This document shows positions 40,460 to 53,381 of a DNA stretch of 64,000 nt, piece by piece. Below the pieces are notes generated by a model. That model was given only the letters and a program-made list of their open reading frames with translations. It was not told the DNA's origin and did not search any database. Position 1 is the stretch's first letter, and the number at the start of each line of letters is the position of its first letter. This DNA is from Octopus sinensis (taxonomy: Eukaryota), in contig NC_043015.1 of assembly GCF_006345805.1 (NCBI RefSeq), positions 13,950,001 to 14,014,000 on the forward strand, read 5' to 3'. The position numbers were made by a program, and so were the translations under genes.

Positions 40460-41140
40460 TACGAGGTGCATTCAAAAACTATCAGACTTTATTTTCCCCA
40501 TCAAACTAGTACCAGGTTGTCAAAATCCTTTGGTTAAAAAGTGACGTCACCCTTCCTGCGCGCGCTTGAAAGTTTTTGCTTTGGTAGGCTGCGCCAGTTC
40601 CCGGCTGTCACACCTAGAGTACAAGCGTGTAGTGCGTGTTCGTAGGATTTTCGTTTTCACCGAACACATCGAGCAGAGATATTGCATCAAGTTTAGCTAA
40701 AAGCTTTCTGATACTCTAGTTCAAACCATCCAGAAGATTCAGCAGGCCTTTGGCGATGATGCCATGAGCAAAACTCAGATCACGGAGTGGTACAACCGCT
40801 TCAAGCACGGCCGCGCCTCAGTGGAGGGCGAGACACTCTCAGGCATGCCATCCACCAGCCGAAGCAAGGAACCGAAACAAGGATCGAGCAATCATGCAAG
40901 ATCGTCTTATAATAATCCAGGAAACTGCGCACGAAGTGGGAGTAAGCACAGGATCAGTGCATTCCAGTGTAACGGAGGATTTGTGTTCGCGGAGAGTGTT
41001 GGCGAAATTCGCCCCCAAGATGCTGGCGGACCAGGAGAAGCAACTCCGCATGGAAATCACTCAGGCTATGTTGGACTGTGCAAGCCACGACTCATACTTC
41101 ATAAAAACCATCATCACTGGTGATGAAGCATATGTTTATG
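40460..41140 (+). mobile_element. 3'-truncated mariner
   Basis: TA|cgaggtgcattcaaaaac TIR; EQRYCIKF...AFGDDAMSKTQITEWYNRFKHG...RRVLAKFAPKML...IITGDEAYVYG. Confidence 0.9.
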
Positions 41141-41286
41141 GTCTCTGCTTGACGCGTTCGGTCAAATTACGTGTAAACGGAAATCCGACTAGCGCGCACC
41201 ACACGTCTATACTCTAGGTGTAATACTCTAAGTGTATTCTAACCGGGAAATGATGCATCCTACTGGCGCGAAAATTTACGCGTATA

Positions 41287-41805
41287 CCGTAAATCCTCGA
41301 GTATAGTCCGCCCTTGAGTATAATACGCAGGGGATTTTTAGGGGGCTGTACCTCTGAAAAACCTAAACCTTGTGTATAATACGCACCCCTTCTCTAACTT
41401 GAGTCAAGGAGGTCTATATAACGTCCTTGGTTTGTAAAACTATACGGTAACGTCCTTTATTATTATTGTATATATAACATAATGCAAACGTGTAGCTTTT
41501 TTGTGCATTTTGTTTGCAGAAAATAAAGAAATAACAGTAATAACAGTAATAACATTTAATAAATGTTGCTTACTGCATGTTATGAATGATTCTTTTATGA
41601 CTTCATTGCTTACTGGCTTAGCTTAAGGTATTTTCGCACCCGACACCACAAAATGCGTCTAAATAAGCATTGCCGGGCAGCAAATAGAGATTTGGACATT
41701 GCTTAGAAAATAATTTTCATTTTTAGCCTCGTATATAGTACGCACTAGGGATTTTGACCTTTAAATTTTGGGGAGAAAATGCGGATTATACTCGAGGATT
41801 TACGG
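41287..41805. mobile_element. 519-bp MITE of the Tc1/mariner superfamily (Tc2/pogo-like termini)
   Basis: TA|ccgtaaatcctcgagtatagtccgc ... gcggattatactcgaggatttacgg|TA. Confidence 0.9.
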
Positions 41806-41989
41806 TACGAAGGAAAAGTGAATTCCCTTCTCAGCCAAAGGATTTTGCTTATGCGGCATTCATTTTGACAGGAAAAATGAAGTCAGATACTTTTTGAACG
41901 CACCTTATACTCCTTTAAAGTATCTCAGGTGAAGAACCTTTAGAAAGTCATACAAATTTTTACAGATACGCAAATAGACTGACGACAAT

Positions 41990-42395
41990 CTTTCTTCGTT
42001 TGGCTATGACATATTTCTATGGTCTGTGAGAAAGTTGTGACGTGTTCTAATTGCTTTGATGGTGTTCATGTTACCACGATAAAACTTTAGGTCATCAACA
42101 AAAAATGTGTGGGTGATATTAATTTTATTATTTTCTGCATATCTCAGCATATAGCCTTGGCATTTCGTTAACGGGGCTGACAACGAGTTCACTGTCAGTA
42201 CAAACATTACAGATAAACTATCACCCTGGAATATTCCCGCTGATAACCTAATTCCTTTTGTGACTATAGGTGTTGTTTCAGTTGTTAGGGATCAATGTGT
42301 GAACCATGTGATTAGTCTTTCAACGACATTAATGAGTGCTTTGGCAAGGTATAGCGATTCTAGCACCCTTGGATGAAGCACAGTGTCAAATGCCT
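41990..42395 (-). mobile_element. R4/Dong-like LINE reverse transcriptase fragment
   Basis: KQAFDTVLH, AGIFQGDSLS, HTFFVDDLKFY (RT core motifs). Confidence 0.82.
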
Positions 42396-42539
42396 GCTTG
42401 TTTCCTATGTATGTATGTATGTATGTATGTATTGATGCCTGAATGCATGTATGTATATATATGCAGATTTGTATTCCTTGTTTTATGTATGTATTCTCAT
42501 GCATATAGTTGCATGTCTAGACATGCTCATATATATATA

Positions 42540-43130
42540 CTTAAATGCTAAACTTCTGAAAAGTTTTACAGATTTTTACAGTTCCGGTGATGGCTTGGAT
42601 CTGTAGTCTTCGAATCAGCTTTCTCTCTTGTTTTGAGTAGCCTAATTTCTCAAGACTGGTATTTAGGCGGTGTTACATATTCCAGGGCCCTAACAATTAC
42701 AAGTATAAACCCGAACTTGTAATGTGGATGGAGTAATTCTAGATTTCTCAATAGTTCAGCGTAGGCATTCTTTTTCACTGATCTTTAGCTTTATGTTAAC
42801 ATCCGTTGGGTTGCTGATTTCCGCAACTCTACAGTTTCTCTTCTCTGTCCTCAGTCACTATGTCAGGTCTATTATGTTCACATTTTATTGAGATTTCACT
42901 AGGACATTCCACTTGTACCCCCTTTTATTATGAGTGGTTATGGCTTCCACTATACAGTGGGTTCTCATTACTTTCTCCCCGGAGTTATCCTTCCGACAGA
43001 TCTCATTATATGTATGTATGCATACTATATCCTTTGTCACTATTGCCTTTACGTTATTTTCATAATTGTAAACGTTTCTTTTGATGTAACTTTCATTTTC
43101 CGAGTTCACCTGTACCAACATATATCCTTC
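42540..43130 (-). mobile_element. R4/Dong-like LINE endonuclease/3' end (second family)
   Basis: YNEICRKDN...YKWNVLVK...CEHNRPDIV...ISNPTDVNI...AYAELLRNL...LIRRLQIQAITGTVKICKTF. Confidence 0.8.
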
Positions 43131-43564
43131 TTAAAACTACTGAACTATTCTGAGTAAATGAAACTTCATATTTTTATCTTTTTCAGTTATGATTTGTGAC
43201 AGCCTGTTTATCTCATCAAGCTTCCCTTCTTATCATTATTTTCTATGTTGTGAGTACTTATGAGAGTTTTAAATTTAATTATCCCTTTAAATCTAACATT
43301 TTCATGATAAAGTGAAATTAATTGGCCGGCAGTTTTTATATTTCTTTTGTTGAAACTGTCATAAGGAATGAAACGATTTAAACAATTTTCTTTATTCTTT
43401 TTCGATTTTGCCTGTAAATGTGCGTGCACGCACGCATGCAAGCGTGTGTAATCACATACATACATACATAGACACATACATACGGTGTGTATCTGTGTTT
43501 ATGTATGTTTAGACTATTCTATTTTTCTATGGTATGTATCCCTATCTGCGCATGCAGTGGCATC

Positions 43565-43635
<71 letters not shown>

Positions 43636-43915
43636 AAGAGGAAGCTAGAGTCTCTGTGTGTGTGTACTCGTCTGTATCTCTTTAGCATGTGTGTTTTGTG
43701 AGTGTACATGGGTTGCTTCCTGTACTGTTTGTATTCGCGCCCTTTACATATATATATATATATATACTATTTATTTATCTATTTATTTATTTATTCATTT
43801 ACTTAATCATCTTTCTATTTTACCCCATTCCATCTTAAGTATGTGTATGTGTGTCTTTTGTGTGTGTGTGTGTATGGGTTAATGTATTACACTGCTTTTA
43901 TCTGTTTGTATCTTT

Positions 43916-44800
43916 GTCTCATTCTTCTCCTGTTCTGTCTCTAGTCGTCATGTTCTGTAGTGTGGTGGTGATGGTGGTGGTGGTGGTGGATGTTATTGTT
44001 CCATTCGTGTTTCTGTTAAGGCTCAGTCTGTCTATTACTATTTCGTATTTGCTAGTTCGCCGCCAGGGGTAGCATTAACATGACACTGGTATATTTGATT
44101 GTCATACCATGATTTGGACTTACCTCTCTTTTTCTTGGGCCTTTCTATGCTGTTCCAAGATTTACTCCTGTATAGCAGGCAGATCCCATTTGCATCAATC
44201 TTTATGATAGCCTTGTACTTAGACCGACCTATGTACACTCTAATTCTTTCCCTTTGGCTGTAGCTAGAGAACTGCATACATATCTTTTTAGGAAAACATT
44301 AGATAAGGTAAATCTACGGACTGAAGTAGTAGAAAAGCCAGGAACCCCCGTAAAATCCTTGATCTGTAGGACATGTCCAGTCGAAAGCCCCTGTGTACGG
44401 AGAACAAATGTATAGTATGCAGGATGGATCAACCCACAGTTTAACTGCAAGATTAGGAGTGTAGCATACAGTGTACTGAGGGACGCTGCAGAAACAAGGC
44501 AACTTACAATGGTGAGACAGCACGTAATATAGCTGTACACTGGCGGGAGCTCAAAGAGGAGAAAGGCTCGTTAGTGATCTATCAACATTTTCAATTAGAA
44601 CGTAGGGGTTCAGTTAATAACATAGAAGTTAAGGTATTATCAACGCATAGAACAGACATGACACTTAGACAGATTACAAATAGAGATAGTAATATAGAGA
44701 CCGAACCTCAACAGAAAGCACGAATGGAACAATAACACACATCACCACCAAACTAAGTAAAATGACGACTAAAGACAGAATGGGAGGAAAAAATGAGACA
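43916..44800 (+). mobile_element. 5'-truncated Penelope-like element (GIY-YIG region) with inverted copy of its 3' end at the 5' junction
   Basis: Frames give EVVEKPGTPVKSLICRTCP...C...ATYNGETARN...KVLSTH...TLRQIT...NRKHEW. 43916-44052 is a diverged reverse complement of 44677-44799. Confidence 0.8.
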
Positions 44801-44802
44801 TA

Positions 44803-45046
44803 CGGTGTTACATATTCCAGGGCCCTAACAATTACAAGTATAAACCCGAACTTGTAATCTGGATGGAATAATTCTAGATTTCTCAATAGTTCAGCGTAGG
44901 CATTCTTTTTCACTGATCTTTAGCTTTATGTCCGCCAGCATCTTGGGGGAGAATTTCGCCAACACTCTCCGCGAACACAAATCCTCCGTTAAACTGGAAT
45001 AATACGCAGGGGGTTTTTAGGGGGCTGTACCTCTGAAAAACCTAAA
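44803..45046. other. Composite locally templated insertion (three segments)
   Basis: 44803-44931 = 42668-42796 (2 mismatches in 129); 44931-45000 = reverse complement of 40961-41030 (2 in 70); 44999-45046 = 41320-41367 (1 in 48). Confidence 0.9.
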
Positions 45047-45170
45047 GATGAAATGGGGGAAAATAGAGAGATGAATAAGTAAATAAAGGAAAATAAGTAA
45101 ATATACGTAATGTTTGATGCTTTTTGTCTAGCACAACATATGCATATTATTTAAGAACAGTGGAAGAAGA

Positions 45171-45205
<35 letters not shown>

Positions 45206-46244
45206 GAAGAGAGAGAGAAAAAGAGAGAGAGACAGAGACCAGCTCACAGTAACGAGTGACAAAGATTTTCCCAGACGACCTAGTGGCTCTCAGGCCTGAG
45301 CTTGCATTTGCCAGCTTTTATAACTGTAAGCCAATTCTAGAATCTTCTATCAAACTGTTCGACGGAAAAATTGTTACTTTGAAGCGTGAAGTCGACTCAT
45401 ATTCACTTAGGCTTTTTGACGACACTTCTTTTCTTTTATGGAGGCACATTAGCTCATGGTTCTAAACTGGGAAAATCTGAGAGTTGTGGTTCAAAACTTC
45501 GCCGGAGTCGTGCTACATATGTTCGCATTTCAGAGTGTGTGTGTGTGTGTGTGTGTCTGGTCTTCATATTAATAGAGAAAGGAAGGTCAACTCATACCTT
45601 CCAGCGATAGGCATTTGTATATAAACAAGAGTCTGAATCTCATAACATTCATAGTTTTCTCAGTGGTTATATAAAAATTTGAATCGACTGAGAGAAACTG
45701 TAAATGAAGTGAACTAAAACAGTAGAAAAACACATTCAGCTTCTTTACAATTAAAGCAGAATAGAAATAAAGACCTAGAAATATACTTAACTCAGAAGGT
45801 CAACACGTCTTTATTATGTACAGACATCTGCGAATGCATCTAAGTAAACAGTCGACTTTCCTTTTCGTAAATATAGTGTGTCAACTTTGTTAGAATAGAG
45901 AATATAAACTGTATAGCTCAAAGCAAAAGTTTAAATCAGATAAGATAAAATTAGTCTTCTTTTTCGACTCAAGATACTTTGTGTTTCAAGCAGCCTTCTG
46001 GTCTACGCACATCTTCTGTTTAAAAGATTGTTTTGAAGCAAATGTTTTAATAATATAGAAATGAATTTATGTCACAAATATGTAACAGTCCATTACTGGT
46101 AAGTTTTATTCAGCTGAAAACCCACAAATTGTAGGACATAAAAACTACATAAAATAATTTTTTTTAAACTGTTAGTTTATAGGTGCTAAAACAGACTCAC
46201 CATATTGCATCATATGAAGAGATTCAAACGTTTCTTATCTCACA

Positions 46245-46393
46245 GGTCCATTGCAGTGTTACTCATTTTTGTCAGCTGAGTAGACTGAAGCGACGTGTAA
46301 TGAACGTAACGCATCGCCCGGTCCAGGAATAGAAACTGCAATCTTACTTTCATGAGTCCAACGCTCTGACCACAAAGCCACGCACTTCCACAT
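46245..46393 (-). mobile_element. 3'-truncated SINE, family 'C'
   Basis: Minus strand: gtggaagtgcgtggctttgtggtcagagcg...ctcagctgacaaaaatgagtaacactgcaatggac. Confidence 0.8.
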
Positions 46394-46676
46394 ACACACG
46401 CACACGCACATGCACGCACATACATACATACATATATATTTTAAAAATATAAATATATGAAATATATATAAATATATATATAATAGATGAGTCCGATCCA
46501 GGGACCGAAGTGCAGTGCAGGAAGTTAGTAAACTTCGACAAAAGGTGGGCAATACTATAAAACGAGTTTCTTAACATTGTGAGTTACACACTTCGTCACA
46601 TATTGAAATCAAAGACAATTTCCATAATCTGACCGCTATGAAACGATAGAACTCCGCGTTTTACCTGTTCCATTCC

Positions 46677-46716
<40 letters not shown>

Positions 46717-46726
46717 CACACACACA

Positions 46727-46833
<107 letters not shown>

Positions 46834-46854
46834 TAAATGCATTTTTGTTTGTCT

Positions 46855-46917
46855 TAATAACTGATGAGATGCCGGACCAGACTTCTACCCCGGCATCGGA
46901 AACTCTGAGTTTTATTA
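46855..46917 (+). ncRNA. Minimal type I hammerhead ribozyme motif (one extra G before G12)
   Basis: Stem I taataa/ttatta; CTGATGA at 46861-46867; perfect 8-bp stem II gatgccgg/ccggcatc; g-GAAAC-tctga-GTT. Confidence 0.65.
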
Positions 46918-47017
46918 TGGCAACCGACTCTCACATATATTATAGAAAAATTCCTCTATTTACATAATATCGAGGTATCATTCATTCTTTTGTTGTCATA
47001 TTATTATACACACACAG

Positions 47018-47077
<60 letters not shown>

Positions 47078-47199
47078 CTGTTCCCGTCTACCAAATCCAT
47101 TCACAAGGTGTTTGCCAGCCTGGAGCTATAGTAGAAGATACTCGCTCAAGATTGCAAAGCAAACTTCTTAACCACATAGTTCTGCCTATTTATATGTAC

Positions 47200-47269
47200 A
47201 CATACACACATGCATATGTAATACATACATACACACACGCGCGCATACATACATACATACATACATACA

Positions 47270-47305
<36 letters not shown>

Positions 47306-47341
47306 TACGTACGTACGTAAGAACGTACATACATACATACA

Positions 47342-47375
<34 letters not shown>

Positions 47376-47920
47376 CGTACGTACGTAAGTACGTACATAC
47401 ATACATACATACATACATACATACATACATACATACGTACGTACGTACGTACATACAAACATACATACATGCATACGTATGTACGTATGTACATACATAC
47501 AAACATACATATATACATGCATACATACATACATACATACATACATACATACATACATACATACATACATACATACATACATACATACATACATACGTAC
47601 GTACGTAAGTACGTACATACATACATACATACATACATACATACATACATACATACATACATACATACATACATACGTACATACATACATACATACATTC
47701 GTACGTACATACATACATACGTACGTACGTACGTAAATACATACAAACATACGTACATACATGCATACGTACGTACGTACGTACATACATACAAACATAC
47801 AAACATACATACATACATACATACGTAAGTACGTACATACATACATACATACATACATACATACATACATACATACATACATACATACATACATACATAC
47901 ATACATACATACATACATTA
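47200..47920. repeat. ~700-bp (ATAC)n/(GTAC)n compound microsatellite
   Basis: Directly visible; recurring variant block acgtacgtaagtacgtac. Confidence 0.95.
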
Positions 47921-48739
47921 ACTCTGATGATTTTGCATGATAATTAATGTGGGCCGTGTGGCTAATGCTAACCCTTAAGTTTCTTAGCTATTTGTTTGTA
48001 ACATGAAAGCAGTTATAAGTCACTCGGTTTGATGGACAAAAGATGAACTCTGCTGGCATGCGTATTTTGTCCTGTTAAGTACTTTTAGTCTGTGAATGAC
48101 GATCGAAATGTCACTGATCTCTACCACTATTTGAGTTGAAGGACACCACTGATATCTAATAGCAACGAGAAGCCTTGATAAGTGAATGACGTCGGTTTCG
48201 CACTTACTGATTATATTCAATAAATACCGTTGGACGGAATAATATATGTCAAAGGGGATTGTCCTAATATCTCTACAATGATGTGGAATATTTCAGCTTG
48301 ATTTTCGTGACGTTCGTCATTCATCTCTCTGAATATGATCAGATTAGTAGCTTTGCTCTTTGTGTTTACTGAGGTGACGTATCAAGGCAATGTTGAAATA
48401 AAATCCATGATTATAGTAGGGGAACATAATGGCAGAATCCAGGCCACAGTAGGATTCTTGAGTGTCTGGAGTTGGGCATGCGTACTACGATCCCCTCCAC
48501 TGCAGTTGCGATTTACTTTAAAATATATACATGCTTAATATATTAGCTCTCTCGAATACAATAGTATTAGGAATTTTAACATGCCACTTGGTGTTGAGAA
48601 TTTATTGCAGATATGTTAGGTGAAAGTGATTGAATATTTTTGCGTATCATTGGTAAACTGTCGACGCTTCACTACCATAAAATGATGCAGTCACCAGAAC
48701 AGCTTTGTATACAGCAAATTTTGCCTTTATAGTCAAACT

Positions 48740-49860
48740 AGGTTCTTCCCAGAAGAACTCGACATAAAGAAGTGTTCTTTACCATCGATGAACTGCAAGA
48801 TGTCCTCAAATCAATCCAGGAAGATAACACAAAAGGGTTGTAAGGCATCCCTGTAGATGTCTGGAAACCGGAAGAATTTAACAATGTCCTAGAGGCCTAC
48901 AGTGTTGTATACCAGCAAAGGGCATTATATAGCTGGAGAGAGGATTATATAATTCCAGTACCCAAGAAAGGAGATTTGGTTTTTTCTAAAAATTACCGTG
49001 ATATTACTCACAATGCAATTACAGCTAAGATCTACAGCTTGATCAAGTAAAAAGAATTAGGCGGAAGCTTGAGAAAATTTTTTACAAGAATCAGAAAATC
49101 TTTCGTCCAAATAGATGAACAATAAGACAAATACTTACAATCAGCCGAATCCCTGAATGTGTGGAGGAGAAGAATATACCAGCTGTTCTACCTTTCATAG
49201 CTTTCAGAAAAGACTTCGATTCGATTCTTGAAAGAAAAAAGAAGAGATGTTGTTAGCTTATGTCATTCCTGCAGAATCAATGAATGTTATAATGAAGTTG
49301 AGTCAAAACACTAGAGCTAAAATTCATTCTGGTGACGAAGACACAAACTCTTTTCAGATTACTGCCAGATTGTTACACGGCAATACCCTTGTACCGCACC
49401 TTTTTATCATTATACCTCGACTATGTACTAAGGAAAGTACTTCACTCAAAAAACTACGTAGGTTTGACTCTTTTTCAGAAAAGGAGTAACAGATACTCCG
49501 CCTAGAAAATTACAGATGCAGATTTGGCAATAAAGAATGATCCGTATAAAAGGTGCCAATATCCTCCAGCACGCTCTGGGGAAGAAAATGTCCAGGAAAT
49601 CAAACTATATATGTCAACACTGTTAAAACAGAACCAAGATGGAGCTGAAAATCAAATAAACTTCTTCAGAGCCGAAGTTGAATCAATTTTCGTTCATGAT
49701 TCGATAATAGGGACACTTACAGCTCCGTTGAAGAAAGCGCTGAATGGCGCGCGCGCACACACACACACACACACGCACATACACCAGAAGGCTCTACGTC
49801 TAAATATCTCACCAAGATATTCTACATCTTACAGAGACAATATGGAAGCACAAGCTTTCA
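48740..49860 (+). mobile_element. Degenerate RTE/RTE-X LINE reverse transcriptase region
   Basis: IIPVPKKGDL...NYR, RQILTISRI, AFRKDFDSI, AYVIP...NTRAKI...DTNSFQITA...GNTLVPHLFII. Confidence 0.8.
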
Positions 49861-50080
49861 TACTGTCACTGCTCAGCTAGTATAACAAGGAGGAGCTAGA
49901 GGTTAAATTCTTCTGTGACAAACTTATCATGGCGAACAAAGAAGAGGAAGACCAGCAAAAGCTAGCGAGAGATGAGAGACGCACTTCAGGAATGCGAGAA
50001 ATTCTCGATCAACAAACTAATTCACTACATGCATACAAACATACATACATACGGACAGACAGGCAGACAAACAGATAGAC

Positions 50081-50153
<73 letters not shown>

Positions 50154-50154
50154 C

Positions 50155-50192
<38 letters not shown>

Positions 50193-50618
50193 GTATACAC
50201 ATATATATATACATATATACATATATATACACATATATATACACACGTATATATATATACACATATATATACATATATATATTTATATGCAAATATATAT
50301 ATACAAATATACATACACATATATGCATGTGTGTGTTTGTGTTTGTGGTATGTGTACATATATACTTACATATATACATGAATTAATGTCGATATTATGC
50401 AAAATAGTACTCTCAACGCTTAAGTACACAAATTCTTTTCTCAAACTTTGATACATACCACCGCATTCACAGGAAAATCACGTAAATATACTAAACGTTA
50501 AACAAGAATAATGCTTTGTTCAATGGATTAAGAGGCACGATTCGTTTGAAGGTGTTATTTGTGATTTCTATAGCTATTATTTTCAGCTTTGCTTTTCTCG
50601 GTTATTGTACCTTGTTCA

Positions 50619-50930
50619 AGGTGCATGGCTTCGTGGTTAGGGTATTCGGATCATGATCGTAAAGTTATGAGTTCGATACCTGGCAGTGCGTTGTGTCCCT
50701 GAGCAAGATGATTTATTTCACGCTGTTCCCTTTCACTCAGCTGACAAAAATGAGTTGCACCTATATTTCAAAGGACCAGCTTTGTCACAGTCTGTATCAC
50801 GCTGAATTTCCTTGAGAACTATGTTAAGGGTACGCGTGTCTATGGAGAGATCAGATGCCTGCACGTTAATTTCTCGAGCAAGTTGTTCCCTTGATCGGGT
50901 CAACTGGAACCCTCGTTCTGGGAATCCAGG
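50619..50930 (+). mobile_element. SINE family 'C' head + core + tail type 2
   Basis: gtgcatggcttcgtggttaggg...gttcgatacc...gttgtgtccctgagcaag...ttcactcagctgacaaaaatgagttg, then a tail different from the 24220 and 39626 copies. Confidence 0.8.
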
Positions 50931-51018
50931 TATAAAAGTCACAGAAAAAAAAAACGAAAAAAAGCTACAGGGAAAAAAGGTCACATATAATGCTATCATA
51001 TATAAATAACGATAAACG

Positions 51019-51328
51019 TCGCCCTTTTCAAGCCTAGCTAGGCTCATGAGCCCGGTTTCCCGGTTTCTGTGGCGTATGTGTTCCTCCCAGCTGAATGGGA
51101 CGCCAGTCCATCACAGAGTTACTCAAGAAACAGGAAGAGAGAGTGAGAGAAAGTTGTGGCGAAAGAGTACACCAGGGGTCGCCACCACCCCTGCCGGAAC
51201 CTCGTGGAGCTTTTAGGTGTTTTCGCTCAATAAACACACACACACACAACGCCCGATCTGGGAATCGAAACCGCGATCCTCCGACCGCGAGTCCGCTGCC
51301 CTAACCACTGGGCCATTTGCACCTCCAC
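51019..51328 (-). mobile_element. SINE family 'B'
   Basis: Reverse complement of the 8984 family; head gtggaggtgcaaatggcccagtggttagggcagcgg. Confidence 0.88.
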
Positions 51329-51867
51329 TCCTATATAAATAATGTTGTCAATATGTAAAAATCATATATTGCCAGTTAATAACTGATTTTAAATGCTTTC
51401 TGTTTTATTACTATAATTGTTTGTGGTACTTTAATAAATTGTGACTGACTTCAATATTTTTGTTTGATTACCTGACCTTTTTCCAAGACAAAATTGTGAC
51501 TTTTTTTCCCGTGACTTTATTACCGGCCACGCGTCGTTGTCAGCGATGAAGTGCCATATCTATTTGTTATCATACCTTGAATAATTTACATTATTTCATT
51601 ATTCTAACTCCTGAATCCCTATATGACTAACGAACTCTTTCTAGCTCCGCGCACGCGCGCGTGTGTGTGTTCATCTATATCTGTGCGTGTGTGTATGTCT
51701 GTTTCTCCGCGTATGTGTAAGCATATATATTTGTGTGTATGTATATGTATTTCTGCGCGTGTGTACATGTCTGCTTTTCTGCATATGTGTGTGTATTTTT
51801 GCGTGCATGAGTACCTCTGCGTGTATACGTATCTGCACAGGTGTGTGTTTTTATTCATTTTGGTGGG

Positions 51868-52075
51868 CGTCTTTTACTTGTTTCAGTCATAAGACTGCGG
51901 CCATACTGGGGCACCGCCTTGAAGAATTTTAGTCGAACGAATCGACCGCAGAGTTTATTTTTTTGAAGCCTAGTACTTATTCTATCGATCTATTTTGCTG
52001 GACCGCTACGTTATGGGGACGTCAAAACACCAGCATCTGCTATCAAGCGATGGGCGAAGTACGAATACACTCACA
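51868..52075 (+). mobile_element. Family 'E' short repeat
   Basis: ttttacttgtttcagtcataagactgcggccatactggggcaccgcc...atcaagcgatgg. Confidence 0.75.
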
Positions 52076-52990
52076 CACACATATGCATATATATGGATGG
52101 ACCACTGGGATATGATAAAACTTCTAAAACTTCTTAATTTTCAAACCTATAGACAGGTTAGATAAAACAATACAATAAATGTTAATTATTACGCATCGAC
52201 TAATGTACAAGGAATGTTTAATGTTATTCAAAAGAACAGTTTAATTATAAAAGAACAACAAAAATCGTCCAAAGAAATCTCTAGGGTTACTGCAACTTTT
52301 ACTTGTAAATTTGAAATAAAATCCTTTCCCCAAAGAAAAAGAAATTTAAACACGTACGCAGACATATTTATTTATTGAAAACACTCATACACACATCATA
52401 CACAAACACATACACGCATACACACACACACACACACACACACCACACACACAGATACACATGTGTATACTGGACATGTACGATGCACGAATAAATCTTC
52501 CCATTTCCCCTCACTCTTATTTATCTAACTAGACGTATCTGAAGACATTGTATTAGGCATGTATAATATGGGTGTCTGATAGACTTCTTTACAAATATAT
52601 TTGAACAAGGATGTTACGTAAATTAGGGGAAATTTGTGCAAATACCTGTCTGAACAATTTTTGTTACGTGTTGGCCTTGTCCGAGTTTCATATAACATTA
52701 TTTTAATTTCGTTTACTCTTTTTTCCTTTCATTGATTACTTAAGTTCAGGTAAAGCAGGATATTAAAGTCTAGAGAAAAACTGTAACATAATACTTACAC
52801 CTGTGGCCTTTCTTTGTAGCATATTGTTGCTGGATGCTTGCCTTCACTCGAGTTAAGCTGGTCAATGAAAGTATATTTCGTTGACTGCGTGAGTTATAAC
52901 TGAGGCAAACTTGCAAACATTTAACTGAAATATTTATTAAAGATATTTGGTGCTGGCTATTTACAATGAACAATATTAAATAAGTGGCGT

Positions 52991-53202
52991 AAGGCGACGA
53001 ACTGGCAGAATCGTTAGCACGCCCGACAAAATTCTTGGCGGCACTTCGTCCGTCTTTACGTTCTGAGTTCAAATTCCACCGTGGTCAACTTTACCTTTCA
53101 TCTTTTAGGGGTCGATAAATTAAGTACCAGTTGAATATTAGGCTCGATGTAAATGACTTAACCTCTCCAACGAAATTGCTGGCATTGTGCCAAAATTTGA
53201 AA
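52991..53202 (+). mobile_element. SINE family 'A'
   Basis: aaggcgacgaactggcagaatcgttag...ggggtcgataaattaagtaccag...gtgccaaaatttgaa. Confidence 0.85.
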
Positions 53203-53381
53203 TTAATATTACTAAATGCCGAATGAGACAGAGAGAAAAATCTCACATAATAATCACAAACACGGCCTAAATGATTATCATGGTTTATAAAAACGAAAAA
53301 AATAAAACACACGCGCGCGCACACACACACACATTATACTATGGATACATGTAATAGTACGAATACTGTTTTTTCTTTTGC

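Noticed and set aside
48000-48540. Moderately GC-rich non-repetitive block with a minus-strand gtaagt donor at 48207
   Set aside because: Stops in all frames; may be decayed LINE sequence upstream of the RT at 48740.
52799-52924. 126-bp frame-symmetric minus-strand exon candidate (similar weak ones at ~23467-23520 and ~24767-24799)
   Set aside because: Splice-like signals of this strength occur by chance in AT-rich DNA; the peptides are not recognisable.
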